Positions 1 through 9,494 are shown, counted from the stretch's first letter. The stretch is DNA of 46,247 nucleotides from Aquificaceae bacterium (GCA_037924335.1 JAXSMZ010000009.1:1-46247), one strand, 5' to 3'. Translations and numbers: made by a program. Notes: generated by a model from the sequence alone, not told the origin.

Positions 1-138
1 TTCAAGTGCCTACGGTGTGGGTATGAAGGAGATGCGGACATAGTAGGTGCGAGGAATGTTCTTATGCGGTTCACAAGGGAGCTTATAGTCCCCTTGCCTG
101 CGAAACCTCATCCTGTGGAATATTTTTCTATGGGATGA
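1..138 (+). CDS. tnpB: TnpB (IS200/IS605-family RNA-guided endonuclease), C-terminal fragment, truncated by the window edge
   Basis: Not in the ORF track. Frame +1 from base 1 reads FKCLRCGYEGDADIVGARNVLMRFTRELIVPLPAKPHPVEYFSMG*. This is the second CxxC of the Zn ribbon followed by the RuvC-III D-x-x-x-A-x-N motif typical of TnpB C-termini. Confidence 0.85.
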   Translation, partial: FKCLRCGYEGDADIVGARNVLMRFTRELIVPLPAKPHPVEYFSMG

Positions 139-143
139 GGAAC
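1..143 (+). mobile_element. Right end of an IS200/IS605 (IS1341-like) element
   Basis: tnpB tail plus a subterminal hairpin at 106-140 (CCTCATCCTGTGGAA-TATTT-TTCTATGGGATGAGG) and a second hairpin at 74-96 (CAAGGG...CCCTTG). The element ends at GAAC (140-143), where ZIP-like coding sequence on the minus strand stops. Confidence 0.75.
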
Positions 144-160
144 TATTACAACGCCTATTG
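60..160 (+). ncRNA. Putative TnpB omega/reRNA 3' scaffold plus guide (boundaries approximate)
   Basis: Structured right end overlapping the tnpB 3' coding region. In TnpB systems this region encodes the reRNA and the adjacent flank (from about 144) forms the guide. Confidence 0.5.
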
Positions 161-479
161 TCACAAGCATAAGCTTTTTTAGCTTTTTTGTATGTAAGGC
201 GCCTTCATAGCCCTTTATAGCATGCTCATGAGGGAAAAGGTTTTCCATTAGACCGATGAGAAGAAATCCAGAGATGATTCCCGACGATGTCTGTAGAAAA
301 CCGCCAGTTTCTATACCAGGTACTATCAGACTTGTGAAGCTTGCAACCATCATCACCCCACCAGCGAAGGCAAGGTTCAAGTTCACACCCAAGGGAACCT
401 TCTTTAGCGTCAAGGCAAGAAGGCTACCAGCAGAAGTTCCTAAAAGTAAAAGGAGAGAGTTCAGCAGTATGGAGTTCAT
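144..479 (-). pseudogene. ZIP (GufA/ZupT-like) metal transporter, 5' part, interrupted by IS insertion
   Basis: LAFAGGVMM...SFTSLIVPG and the PHEH loop are ZIP N-terminal motifs. The sequence breaks after VTIGVVI (codon 112), just where the conserved HNxPEG motif should follow. The last 11 aa of the ORF come from the IS end. Confidence 0.8.
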
Positions 480-1021
480 CAGAGAAGCTCCGAAAGTTTA
501 AAGATGGAGTAAAGTTCCAACCCTGCGCTTTTTATGTTTTCCTTTCCCCCTTCTTCTCTGTCCACAACGGCAAAGACACCAAGAACTTCAAATCCCTCAT
601 TCCTGCATGCCTCCACAGCCCTCAAAGATGAGCTGGCTGTTGTTACCACATCATCGAGCACAGCAACCCTGTCGCCAGGCTTCAAAAGCCCCTCCACCCG
701 TCTGCCCGTACCATGCTCTTTCTTTTCTTTCCTAACGATGAAAGGTTTTATTGGCTTCCCATCCATGTAAGATACAAAACAGACAGCGTAAGCTATAGGA
801 TCAGCCCCTAGCGTTAGTCCACCAGCTCCAACAGGCTCAAACTCCTTTATGAGCTCGTACATTACTTTTCCAACCGTGTAGGCCCCTTCTGGGTCAAGTG
901 TTATATTCTTTAAGTCTATGTAATATCTGCTCAGTTTTCCAGAGGATAGTCTAAAGATAGGCTCCTGCGAGACTTTAAGAGACCTCTCTACAACCATAGA
1001 CCTCAGTCTTTCTCTAAGCAT
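479..1021 (-). CDS. pyrE: Orotate phosphoribosyltransferase
   Basis: FRLSSGKLSRYYID, RKEKKEHG and PRPP-binding VLDDVVTTASS motifs. Start moved to ATG 1021, which overlaps the leuD stop. Confidence 0.93.
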   Translation of the reverse strand: MLRERLRSMVVERSLKVSQEPIFRLSSGKLSRYYIDLKNITLDPEGAYTVGKVMYELIKEFEPVGAGGLTLGADPIAYAVCFVSYMDGKPIKPFIVRKEKKEHGTGRRVEGLLKPGDRVAVLDDVVTTASSSLRAVEACRNEGFEVLGVFAVVDREEGGKENIKSAGLELYSIFKLSELL

Positions 1022-1517
1022 TTGGTCTGAGTCTTTTTTTGGCATACTCCATAAGCCCACCAGCTCTGAGTATATCCTGCAGTTCCTGAGGAAATTTTGT
1101 GGCTTGGTACTCTTTACCTTTTGTGATATTCCTTACTATACCCCTTTCTAAGTCTACCTCTATCTCGTCGCCATGATCTGTGCTATCCACAGCTTCTGGA
1201 GCTTCAACTATTGGTAGACCTATGTTTATGGCATTCCTAAAAAATATCCTAGCAAAAGATTTGGCAACAACTACTGGAATCTTAGCGTACTTTATGGCTA
1301 TGGGTGCATGCTCTCTTGAGGAGCCAGAGCCAAAGTTCTTTCCGGCTACTATGATATCCCCTTCCTTATGGTCTTTTGCAAAGTTGGGATGCTCAGAGTC
1401 TTCCATCACATGCTTGGCAAGCTCGTATGGGTCGGATGTGTTTAAATACCTTGCTGGTATTATCTGGTCAGTGTCCACATTGTCTGAGAACTTCCACACT
1501 TTTCCCCTTATAACCAT
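1014..1517 (-). CDS. leuD: 3-isopropylmalate dehydratase small subunit (LeuD type 2/HacB-like)
   Basis: NVDTDQIIPARYL, GKNFGSGSSREHA and SFARIFFRNAINIGL motifs. Confidence 0.92.
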   Translation of the reverse strand: MVIRGKVWKFSDNVDTDQIIPARYLNTSDPYELAKHVMEDSEHPNFAKDHKEGDIIVAGKNFGSGSSREHAPIAIKYAKIPVVVAKSFARIFFRNAINIGLPIVEAPEAVDSTDHGDEIEVDLERGIVRNITKGKEYQATKFPQELQDILRAGGLMEYAKKRLRPNA

Positions 1518-1598
1518 AAGAACATTATACTACTGCTTTGAGAACAAAAAAATTGTGAGTACTTGCTTACTATTCTATCTACCTGTATAATGCTAAAC

Positions 1599-2051
1599 AT
1601 GGGTTTGAGAGAGATAAGCTTGTTTCTTCACGTAGTACTTGCTTCTCTTTGGGTAGGTGGAATGATCTTTTTAGTGTTCGTTGTGAGCCCCTTTGTTAGG
1701 AGACTTCCCATAAAGGACCAGGTCTTTCAAGAGGTTGGAAGAAGGTTCAGCTTTTACGGTACTCTGATCTCCCTATCTGGGCTCTTCATCACTGGACTCT
1801 TTAACATACACTATATACTTGGTTTTTCTAACCTGCTTGACCTTTCTAACCTTTATGCTCTCACTCTCTGGCATAAGATAGTCCTCTTTGTTTTTGTTGT
1901 TTTGGTTTCTTTGGTTCATGACCTTTACTTTGGGAAAAGGGCTTTGTACAGCACCGTACACAGACTGATAGCCAGAATTTTAGGTTTTTTAAACCTTCTT
2001 TTGGGGCTTATTGTTGTCTTCTTTGCTGTTAAACTCAGGTTTGGTGGATGA
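1599..2051 (+). CDS. Four-helix membrane protein, CopD/DUF4149-like
   Basis: FLHVVLASLWVGGMIFL...TGL...K pattern and about 4 hydrophobic segments. ATG 1599 lies 7 nt after a TATAAT. Confidence 0.6.
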   Translation: MGLREISLFLHVVLASLWVGGMIFLVFVVSPFVRRLPIKDQVFQEVGRRFSFYGTLISLSGLFITGLFNIHYILGFSNLLDLSNLYALTLWHKIVLFVFVVLVSLVHDLYFGKRALYSTVHRLIARILGFLNLLLGLIVVFFAVKLRFGG

Positions 2052-3330
2052 GTCTTTTCAGGTCTTTGTAAAAGGATGGATAAGAAACGGAGACACATCT
2101 TGGGTTGTCTATTATGGTCTCCCCTTGTGCTAAAAGCCCAGCTATAGAAAACGCCATAGCTATCCTATGGTCGTTGTAAGTCTTAACAAAGGCTCCCTTC
2201 AGACTATCTGTTCCCTCAATGTCAAACCCATCTTCATACTCTTCCACCTTAACACCCATAGCCCTTAGGTTCTGGGTAATGGCTTTGATCCTATCGCTCT
2301 CTTTCACCCTTAGGTCTCTTGCTCCCCTCACTCTGGATACTCCATCTGCAAGGGACATAACAACGGCCAGAACTGGTATCTCATCTATCAAAGAAGGTAC
2401 TTCATCCTCCTTCACCTCCACAGCCTTTAACTTCCTTCCCCCTCTTATCAGCACATTAGCCACTGGCTCAAAGGATACTTCCCTCACATCCTCAAAACTA
2501 ACATCAGCCCCCATTTGTATAAGCTTTCTGTAAAAGCCATCCCTTGTAGGATTTATAAGAACATCCCTTAGGACAAGCTCTGAGCCTTCCGTCAAAAGGG
2601 CCAAAGCTGCAAAGAAGGCTGCAGAAGATGGGTCTGCTGGGCAGTAAACCTCAGCAGAGTGTAGTTTCTGACCTCCAGTTAGCTTTACAATGTGTCCCCT
2701 CGTCCCTTCCATCTGGAGAAGCTCCGCTCCAAAGAGCCTTAGCATCCTTTCTGTGTGGTCTCTTGAAAGATATGGTTCTATAACCTCTACAATACCCTCT
2801 GCTCTCAGTCCAGCCAAGAGCAGAGAAGATTTAATTTGAGCTGACGCCTTTTTGTTGAAAAAGGATATACCTTTTAAGTTCCCACCCCTCACACAGATGG
2901 GCAGTTTGTCCCCGTAATGCCTTCCGTCTATAAGAGCTCCCATCTGCCTCAAAGGTTCTACAACTCTCAGCATGGGCCTACCTCTCAAGCTTTCATCCCC
3001 AGTTATCACAGAGAAAAACTCCTGAGTTGACAAGACTCCCAGCATAAGCCTTGCTGTTGTACCAGAATTTTTCGCATCAAGGACATTTCCCGGCTCTTCA
3101 AGGAGGAAGTTTTTTCCCTTCACAGTGAGCTCAGACCCCCTTCTTTTTACTTCTACACCGAGGGACATGAGACTTTGAAGCGTTGCCAAAGTATCATCAG
3201 AGATAAGCCAATTTTTTATGATACTTTCCCCATCGGCTAAGGAAGATACTATAACAGCCCTATGAGATATAGACTTGTCCGAAGGAACTCTAATCTCACC
3301 CCTTATGTTTTTGACTGCTTTCACTCTCAT
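2035..3330 (-). CDS. aroA: 3-phosphoshikimate 1-carboxyvinyltransferase (EPSP synthase)
   Basis: PSDKSISHRA, NSGTTARL, SAQIKS, RVKESDRI and DHRIAM motifs. Start moved to ATG 3330. Confidence 0.96.
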   Translation of the reverse strand: MRVKAVKNIRGEIRVPSDKSISHRAVIVSSLADGESIIKNWLISDDTLATLQSLMSLGVEVKRRGSELTVKGKNFLLEEPGNVLDAKNSGTTARLMLGVLSTQEFFSVITGDESLRGRPMLRVVEPLRQMGALIDGRHYGDKLPICVRGGNLKGISFFNKKASAQIKSSLLLAGLRAEGIVEVIEPYLSRDHTERMLRLFGAELLQMEGTRGHIVKLTGGQKLHSAEVYCPADPSSAAFFAALALLTEGSELVLRDVLINPTRDGFYRKLIQMGADVSFEDVREVSFEPVANVLIRGGRKLKAVEVKEDEVPSLIDEIPVLAVVMSLADGVSRVRGARDLRVKESDRIKAITQNLRAMGVKVEEYEDGFDIEGTDSLKGAFVKTYNDHRIAMAFSIAGLLAQGETIIDNPRCVSVSYPSFYKDLKRLIHQT

Positions 3331-3334
3331 GGGC

Positions 3335-3346
3335 TTATTATAATAA
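3335..3346. promoter_or_regulatory. Bidirectional -10 element (palindrome TTATTATAATAA) between the divergent aroA and mtaD
   Basis: The 20-bp intergenic gap has a TATAAT on each strand, 6 nt upstream of each ATG, and no Shine-Dalgarno. Confidence 0.6.
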
Positions 3347-3350
3347 TAGC

Positions 3351-4652
3351 ATGTATGACCTTTTAATAAAAAATGCCCTGCTCCCTCAAAGAAAAGCCCT
3401 CTATGATATAGCAATAAAGGACGGAAAGATAGCCCTGATAACTCCAAACTTTGAAGGAGAGACAAGGGAAGTTATAAAAGCCAATGGGAAGGTTGCCATT
3501 CCTGCCTTTGCCAACATGCATACGCACATATCCATGAGCCTTTTGAGGGGAATAGGCGCAGACCTCTCGCTTATGGATTGGCTAACTAAGGTCATATGGG
3601 TTTTGGAGAAAGAGTTTGTATCTCCAGAGTTTGTCAGGGATGGTGCCCTCTTGGGTATAGCTGAGAGCATAATGTCTGGAACATCCCTTCTTATGGATAT
3701 GTACTTTTTTGAGGAGGAGGTGGCAAGGGTGGCAAAGCAGGCTGGTGTTAGAGTAGGGCTTGGCTTTGGTATACTTGACTTTCCCACAAAGGTAGCATCA
3801 AAACCAGAGGAGTACATAAGAAGAGCAAGGGAGTTTGTAAAAGAATTCAAAGAGGAAGAGCTTGTTTTCCCTGTAGTTTGCCCTCACTCTACTTATACAT
3901 GCTCACCGTCAACGCTTCTAAAAGCAAAAGAGCTTGCAGAAGAGGAAGATGTTTTAATACACATCCATGTGTCCGAAACGGAGGCAGAAGTCAATAGCAT
4001 AAAAGAGAAGTACGGGAACAGGCCTGTTAAACATCTTGAATCCTTAGGTTTTCTTTCAGACAGGGTTTTGATGGCTCATATGGTGTGGTTAGATGATGAA
4101 GAGAAGGAGTTGGTTAAGGTTAGGAAGGCTAAGGTAGTACACTGTCCAGAGAGCAACCTAAAGTTGGCTTCTGGTGTAGCTCCAGTATCGGAGTATGTGA
4201 AAATGGGAATAGATGTATGCTTAGGGACGGATGGGGCAGCTTCCAACGATAACTTGGATATGCTTGAAGAGATGTCAGTTATGGTAAAGCTCCAAAAGGG
4301 TTTATACCTTGATGTCAAAGCCATGGATACAAAGACAGCTATAAAGATAGCTACAAGGAATGGTTTTTCTGCATGTGGCATAAAAGCAGGGGAGATAGAG
4401 GAGGGGTACGAAGCCGATATAGTGCTCATAGATACAGATAAGCCGCATCTTCAACCCCTTTACGACCCATTTGCTCAGATCCTTTACTCTGCAAAATCTT
4501 CTGATGTAGACACGCTCATATGCAAAGGGAAAGTGCTCATGGAAAGGAGAGAACTAAAAACCATAGACTACGATGAGGTAAGACACGTTGCAAAAAAGTG
4601 GAAAGATAAGATAATAAACTTTATTGCCGTAAGAGCTGTGTTATACTTGTAG
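3351..4652 (+). CDS. mtaD: Amidohydrolase, 5-methylthioadenosine/S-adenosylhomocysteine deaminase
   Basis: NMHTH, HIHVSET, HCPESNLKLASG and LGTDGAASN motifs. Confidence 0.8.
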   Translation: MYDLLIKNALLPQRKALYDIAIKDGKIALITPNFEGETREVIKANGKVAIPAFANMHTHISMSLLRGIGADLSLMDWLTKVIWVLEKEFVSPEFVRDGALLGIAESIMSGTSLLMDMYFFEEEVARVAKQAGVRVGLGFGILDFPTKVASKPEEYIRRAREFVKEFKEEELVFPVVCPHSTYTCSPSTLLKAKELAEEEDVLIHIHVSETEAEVNSIKEKYGNRPVKHLESLGFLSDRVLMAHMVWLDDEEKELVKVRKAKVVHCPESNLKLASGVAPVSEYVKMGIDVCLGTDGAASNDNLDMLEEMSVMVKLQKGLYLDVKAMDTKTAIKIATRNGFSACGIKAGEIEEGYEADIVLIDTDKPHLQPLYDPFAQILYSAKSSDVDTLICKGKVLMERRELKTIDYDEVRHVAKKWKDKIINFIAVRAVLYL

Positions 4653-4675
4653 TGAAAACTAAAAAGGAGAGTATC

Positions 4676-4927
4676 ATGGAAGAACAGATGTACGCAGTCC
4701 CTTTTAGCTTGGTAGGTTTTTTCTTCACAAGTAAATCGGCTGAGGAGAGTATAAGGTCAGACCTTACCCCAGAGGAGATGGAAAAGCTCCAAGATTTGCT
4801 AGCCCGCTTCCTCTTCACAGAAGACATCAAAGTAACCTTGTACCCTTCTGTAGTTCCACCAGACCAAGCAGAGGAAGCTTTGGAAGAGCTTGAAGATATG
4901 ATATTCGGAGAAAGTGAGGAGGAATGA
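4676..4927 (+). CDS. Small acidic hypothetical protein
   Basis: ORF with AAGGAG RBS before ATG 4676. Its stop overlaps the dapB start. Confidence 0.7.
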   Translation: MEEQMYAVPFSLVGFFFTSKSAEESIRSDLTPEEMEKLQDLLARFLFTEDIKVTLYPSVVPPDQAEEALEELEDMIFGESEEE

Positions 4928-5727
4928 CGAAAGCAGCTCTTTGCGGTGCCTTGGGTAGAATGGGTAGGACTATACTCAAGCTTTCCCTTGAGTATGCCGA
5001 TTTTGAAGTAGTTGCTGGGGTTGAGCATCCAGACTGCATCAGAGTCGGTGACCTTGGAGAAGCCTGCGGATTGGAAGAGCTCAAGGGGAGACCTCTCACC
5101 TCAAGGCTTGAGGATGTTTTGCCTTACTGCGATGTAGTCATAGAGTTTTCTGGGAATACACCCGCAGCATTGGCGCATGCCAAGTTAGCAACCCTTGATG
5201 GAAAGGGTATTGTCATAGGCACCACTGGTTTTACCCAGGAGGAAGTTGCAGAACTAAAAAGGTGCTCGGAGAACGCTCCCCTTTTGCTTTCTCCCAACAT
5301 GAGCCTTGGAGTGAACATTCTCTTCAAACTGACACAGATAGTTACAAAGGCTCTATCGGATAAGAACTTTGATGTGGAGATATGCGAGATACATCACAGG
5401 TTTAAGAAGGATGCTCCCAGTGGAACTGCCATAAAGCTTGCCCAGATAGTCGCAGAGGTGATGGGTGTGTCTCTGGAAGATAAAGCCATCTTTGGCAGGG
5501 AGGGTATAAAGCTGAGAGAGGAAAAGGATATAGGCGTTCTCTCTATGAGGGGTGGAGATGTGGTCGGAGACCATACAGTTTACTTCTTGGGTTTTGGTGA
5601 AAGAATAGAGCTTACACACAGGGCTACATCCAGAGATACCTTTGCCAAAGGAGCTATAGAGGCTGCCAGATGGATAAAGGACAAGCCTTCTGGTTTTTAC
5701 TCAATGCTTGATATGCTGGGACTATGA
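4924..5727 (+). CDS. dapB: 4-hydroxy-tetrahydrodipicolinate reductase
   Basis: GALGRMG, GTTG, PNMSLGVN and EIHHRFKKDAPSGTA motifs. Confidence 0.96.
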   Translation: MTKAALCGALGRMGRTILKLSLEYADFEVVAGVEHPDCIRVGDLGEACGLEELKGRPLTSRLEDVLPYCDVVIEFSGNTPAALAHAKLATLDGKGIVIGTTGFTQEEVAELKRCSENAPLLLSPNMSLGVNILFKLTQIVTKALSDKNFDVEICEIHHRFKKDAPSGTAIKLAQIVAEVMGVSLEDKAIFGREGIKLREEKDIGVLSMRGGDVVGDHTVYFLGFGERIELTHRATSRDTFAKGAIEAARWIKDKPSGFYSMLDMLGL

Positions 5728-6140
5728 GTTTTTATGAGGTCATAGAGGATATAACCGCTGACGCTGGCATTAGAGTGAAAGCAAAGAGCCTTGAAGAGCT
5801 CATATGTAAGGCTCTTCTAGCTACATTCAACGAAATGACCAACATAGATGAAATAGAAGAAAGGGAAGAGTACCCCCTTGAAGTAAAGTCAGAACTTCCC
5901 TATATGCTTGCGGACATAATAAACCAAGCCTTAGTGCTTCACGAATATAAAGGTTTTGTGGCTTCAGGTTGTCAGGTGCTTGAACTTTCAGACCATCATG
6001 TTAAACTGAAACTCATAGGAAGTAAGTTTGACCCAGATAGGAACGAGTCAAAGCTTGTCATAAAAGCGGCTACTTATCACAGGCTAAAGGTAGAGAAGTC
6101 AAAAGAGCAATGGGTGGCGGAGGTTATATTTGACATTTGA
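5724..6140 (+). CDS. Archease
   Basis: N-terminal YEVIEDITADAGI, IKAATYH and C-terminal VIFDI motifs. Confidence 0.88.
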   Translation: MSFYEVIEDITADAGIRVKAKSLEELICKALLATFNEMTNIDEIEEREEYPLEVKSELPYMLADIINQALVLHEYKGFVASGCQVLELSDHHVKLKLIGSKFDPDRNESKLVIKAATYHRLKVEKSKEQWVAEVIFDI

Positions 6141-6740
6141 CTATGCTCTTCTTTCAATGACCTTGTCCACGATCCCATAATCTCTTGCCTCTACAGCAGA
6201 CATGAAGTAATCCCTCTCTACATCTCTCTCTATCCTCTCTATCGGTTGACCTGTATGCTTGGCAAGTATTTCGTTGAGCATATGTTTTATCCTTTTTATC
6301 TCCTCCGCATGGATAATTATATCCGTTGCTTGCCCAGTTATACCACCGATGGGTTGATGTATCATTATACGCGAGTGGGGAAGAGCGTATCTTTTGTTTG
6401 GTGCACCTGCAGCGAGGAGCAGGGCTCCCATAGATGCAGCCTGTCCAACACATATGGTGATAACGTCTGGTTTTATGTACTGCATAGTGTCGTATATGGC
6501 CATACCAGATGTTACAGAACCACCTGGAGAGTTTATGTACATGTATATGTCCTTCTCTGGGTCTTGGGCTTCTAAGAAAAGGAGCTGGGCAACTATTAGG
6601 TTTGCTATATGATCATCTATAGGAAAGCCAAGAAGGACTATCCTATCCTGAAGAAGTCTTGAATATATATCAAAGGCTCTCTCACCCCTTGGCGTCTGCT
6701 CGATTACTATTGGTACCAACTGATTAAACAGTTCCTTCAT
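6141..6740 (-). CDS. clpP: ATP-dependent Clp protease proteolytic subunit
   Basis: DIYSRLL, YINSPGG, GQAASMG and RIMIHQP motifs. Confidence 0.97.
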   Translation of the reverse strand: MKELFNQLVPIVIEQTPRGERAFDIYSRLLQDRIVLLGFPIDDHIANLIVAQLLFLEAQDPEKDIYMYINSPGGSVTSGMAIYDTMQYIKPDVITICVGQAASMGALLLAAGAPNKRYALPHSRIMIHQPIGGITGQATDIIIHAEEIKRIKHMLNEILAKHTGQPIERIERDVERDYFMSAVEARDYGIVDKVIERRA

Positions 6741-7995
6741 CTTTCTTCTCCTCCACTTCTTTCACAAAAACTTTTTTAATTATATCATTCAATGCCTTCT
6801 CTCTGAGTATGTCTTGGCGTATTATGCCTTTTATATCCTTTAGCTCTTCTGGACTTTTTCCATACTGCTTTGATATCTCCTCATACTTTTTTTGAATCTC
6901 CTCATCCTTTACCTCTATACCCTTCTCCTTTGCGTACTTCTCTAATACATACCTTATCTTTATGTTGAAAGCAGCCTGCGGTAAAAGCTCCTGTGCCATT
7001 GCTCTATAATCCAGGTACCTTGTATCTATACCGTACTGGGAAAGCTGACTGACCCTTAACTGTACAAGCTGGGATACTTCTCTGCTCAGTAGGGTTTGAG
7101 GAACTCCAATATTATGAAGTTCTACAAGCTTTTTGACTACAGCCTCTTCCAAGGCTGACCTTTTGAGTCTATCTATGCTCTCTTTTACCTCTTCCCTTAT
7201 CTTCTCCTCTAACTCATGCCAGTTTTCTGCCAAACCTGTCTCCTTTGCAAAATCGTCCCCCACTTCGGGTAAAACCTTTTCTTTGACCCCCTTTATAACA
7301 ATGCTTACTTCAGCCTTCCCTACCTGCTCTCCGCTTGTGTCGTAAAGAGGGAGATCCTCAAAGTTCATCTGATCGCCTTCCCTTTTGCCTACGAGAGCCT
7401 TGTCTATCTCTTCCCTAAACATACCTTGTCCTACGATGCCAGAAGTATCACCGCTAACAGTCTCACCGCTTTCCGTATCCTTTATGTGATACTCTATGGA
7501 TACCATGTCTCCATCTTTTATCTCTCTCTCCACTGGCTCCCATATAGCATGCTCTTCTCTCAGCTCTTCTATCCTATCTTTCACCAACTTCTCGCTGAAC
7601 TCTATCTTTGGTACTTCAACCTCAATACCTTCAATTTCCTTGAGTTCAAACTCTGGTGGTACTTCAAAAGAAACCCTGTACCTTAATCTGGGAATATCCT
7701 CTTCTAACTTAATATGCTCCAAATATATGTCCGCCACAGGTTCCAACTTACTCTCTTCTATTGCCAATTTTAGCGTTTTGTCTGCAACCTTTTTACCCAC
7801 CTCTTCCTCAATTCTATCTTTGTACCTTGCCTTTATTATCCAAAGAGGTGCCTGACCCCTTCTAAACCCTTCAACCTGCACGCTTTCCTTTAAATATCTG
7901 TACACATCATCGAGAGTGCTTTTTACCACATCCCCCTCTACTTCCACTTCTAATTCCTTAAAAAAACCTTCTCTATCTTTTACGGAAACTTTCAT
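6724..7995 (-). CDS. tig: Trigger factor
   Basis: Ribosome-binding GFRRGQAP motif, about 423 aa, directly upstream of clpP, AGGAGG RBS. Confidence 0.9.
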   Translation of the reverse strand: MKVSVKDREGFFKELEVEVEGDVVKSTLDDVYRYLKESVQVEGFRRGQAPLWIIKARYKDRIEEEVGKKVADKTLKLAIEESKLEPVADIYLEHIKLEEDIPRLRYRVSFEVPPEFELKEIEGIEVEVPKIEFSEKLVKDRIEELREEHAIWEPVEREIKDGDMVSIEYHIKDTESGETVSGDTSGIVGQGMFREEIDKALVGKREGDQMNFEDLPLYDTSGEQVGKAEVSIVIKGVKEKVLPEVGDDFAKETGLAENWHELEEKIREEVKESIDRLKRSALEEAVVKKLVELHNIGVPQTLLSREVSQLVQLRVSQLSQYGIDTRYLDYRAMAQELLPQAAFNIKIRYVLEKYAKEKGIEVKDEEIQKKYEEISKQYGKSPEELKDIKGIIRQDILREKALNDIIKKVFVKEVEEKKDEGTV

Positions 7996-8053
7996 AAACA
8001 TCCTCCTTTCATGCCTCTGATTAATATTCTATCATAACTTTACAGCAGGCGTT

Positions 8054-8090
8054 TATAAGATAAACTTATAGTAGATTAAATAAAAACTAT
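8054..8090 (+). promoter_or_regulatory. Putative LysR-type operator upstream of tusA (TATAAG-N5-CTTATA plus a second degenerate box)
   Basis: Inverted repeat containing T-N11-A. A similar arrangement lies upstream of shdrC1. TATAAT at 8135-8140. Confidence 0.45.
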
Positions 8091-8162
8091 AGAATGAAAG
8101 ATGCATAGGGTTTATTTTATTAATCTAGCTGTTTTATAATTTCATGTTAGGAGGTGTTTAAT

Positions 8163-8399
8163 ATGGCTACGATCACACCAGACAAAGTGCTTGATGCTTC
8201 TGGACTCAACTGTCCGCTTCCTGTGTTGAAAACCAAAAAGGCTTTAGAAGGTCTTCAATCAGGCCAAATTCTTGAGGTTATAACCACAGACCCCGGTGCA
8301 AAAGCAGATATTCCTGCCTTCTGCAACAGGACTGGGAACGAGCTTCTTGAAACTGTGGAAGAGGGTGGGAAGATCATCTTTTACTTAAAAAAGAAATAA
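8163..8399 (+). CDS. tusA: Sulfur carrier protein TusA
   Basis: LDASGLNCPLP motif and TTDPGA. AGGAGGTG RBS. Confidence 0.92.
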   Translation: MATITPDKVLDASGLNCPLPVLKTKKALEGLQSGQILEVITTDPGAKADIPAFCNRTGNELLETVEEGGKIIFYLKKK

Positions 8400-8412
8400 G
8401 GAGGGAAAAATT

Positions 8413-8946
8413 ATGGCTACAGAAAGGCTTGCCATAATAGCCAGCAAGGGTACATTGGATATGGCTTATCCGCCTCTTATACTAGGCTCTACTGCAGCCT
8501 CTTTGGGAATTGAAACTGCCATATTTTTTACATTCTTTGGGCTTAACATAATACACAAGAAGAAGATGAACGAGCTAAAGCTTGCACCTTTAGGAAATCC
8601 AGCCATGCCCATGTCCTTCCCACCATCCATGCAAAACCCCATAACAAACGCAATATCCTCTATACTTCCAGGACCTCCCCAGATAATGGGTATCATCCCT
8701 GGTATGACGGACCTTATGACCTTCATGATGAAAAAGACTATAAAAGAGCATGGAGTTGCAGACATACCACAGCTTTTAGAGGCATGCAAAGAGGCAGAAG
8801 TAAAGCTCATCCCATGCCAGATGACCATGGAGCTCTTCGTTTACAAGTACGAAGACCTTATGGACGGTCTTGAGCCACCCGCTGGAGCTGCCACCTTTAT
8901 AAACTATGTCTTAGAAGCAGACAAGCCTATGATAATCTTTGTTTAA
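8413..8946 (+). CDS. dsrE2: DsrE2-family sulfurtransferase
   Basis: ASKGTLDMAYPPLIL, FFTFFGL and PCQMTMELF motifs, with tusA-shdr context. Confidence 0.85.
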   Translation: MATERLAIIASKGTLDMAYPPLILGSTAASLGIETAIFFTFFGLNIIHKKKMNELKLAPLGNPAMPMSFPPSMQNPITNAISSILPGPPQIMGIIPGMTDLMTFMMKKTIKEHGVADIPQLLEACKEAEVKLIPCQMTMELFVYKYEDLMDGLEPPAGAATFINYVLEADKPMIIFV

Positions 8947-8957
8947 GGAGGATAAAG

Positions 8958-9383
8958 ATGGCTGCACAAGGATATGAAAAGCTCATATTCTACATCCTCA
9001 CTGTACCTTTCTTTGAAAGGGCTGAGCCAGCAACGGGGGAGCTTATAAATCCTCAAGCTGGAGCTCCTTTCTTTCTTGCAACAGCAGCTACTACGATGGA
9101 CTACGAAGTTGAGATGGTTATAACATCGGAGGCTGGTTTTCTTCTCATGAGGGATAATGCAAAGAAGGTAAAGGTAAGGCCCGGTGTGGAGCAAACTATC
9201 TATGACTTTATCAAGATGGCAAAGGAAGCCGGTGTTAAGATATACCTCTGCGTTCCATCCCTTGACCTTACGGAAATATACAAGAAAGAGGATGTTAACG
9301 AAGAGCTGTGCGACGGTATAATAGGCGGTGCTGCCTTCCTTGATAAGCTTATGAGCGGTGAGTATGCTGTCATTACTCTGTAG
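8958..9383 (+). CDS. DsrE-family (DsrE3-like) sulfurtransferase
   Basis: APFFLATAA...AKEAGVKIYLC...GGAAFL DsrE fold pattern, with cluster context. Confidence 0.8.
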   Translation: MAAQGYEKLIFYILTVPFFERAEPATGELINPQAGAPFFLATAATTMDYEVEMVITSEAGFLLMRDNAKKVKVRPGVEQTIYDFIKMAKEAGVKIYLCVPSLDLTEIYKKEDVNEELCDGIIGGAAFLDKLMSGEYAVITL

Positions 9384-9407
9384 TGTTTTTCATTTTTTTA
9401 GGGGTAC

Positions 9408-9473
9408 TATAAGTATATGCTTATATATTCATAAGCAAAAATTAATTGACTTTGGAAATAGCTCCTTTATTTT
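9408..9473 (+). promoter_or_regulatory. Putative shdr promoter with upstream inverted repeat
   Basis: TATAAG-N6-CTTATA (9408-9425), TTGACT (9446-9451) and TATTTT (9468-9473), followed by an AGGAGG RBS. Confidence 0.45.
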
Positions 9474-9494
9474 TTATCGCTAGGAGGTATAGCT

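Noticed and set aside
3331..3465. Long N-terminal extensions given by the ORF track for aroA (and likewise pyrE, hdrA, gatA and the CoA-binding gene)
   Set aside because: The extensions overlap neighbouring genes and lack family similarity. Downstream ATGs fit the RBS or -10 positions.
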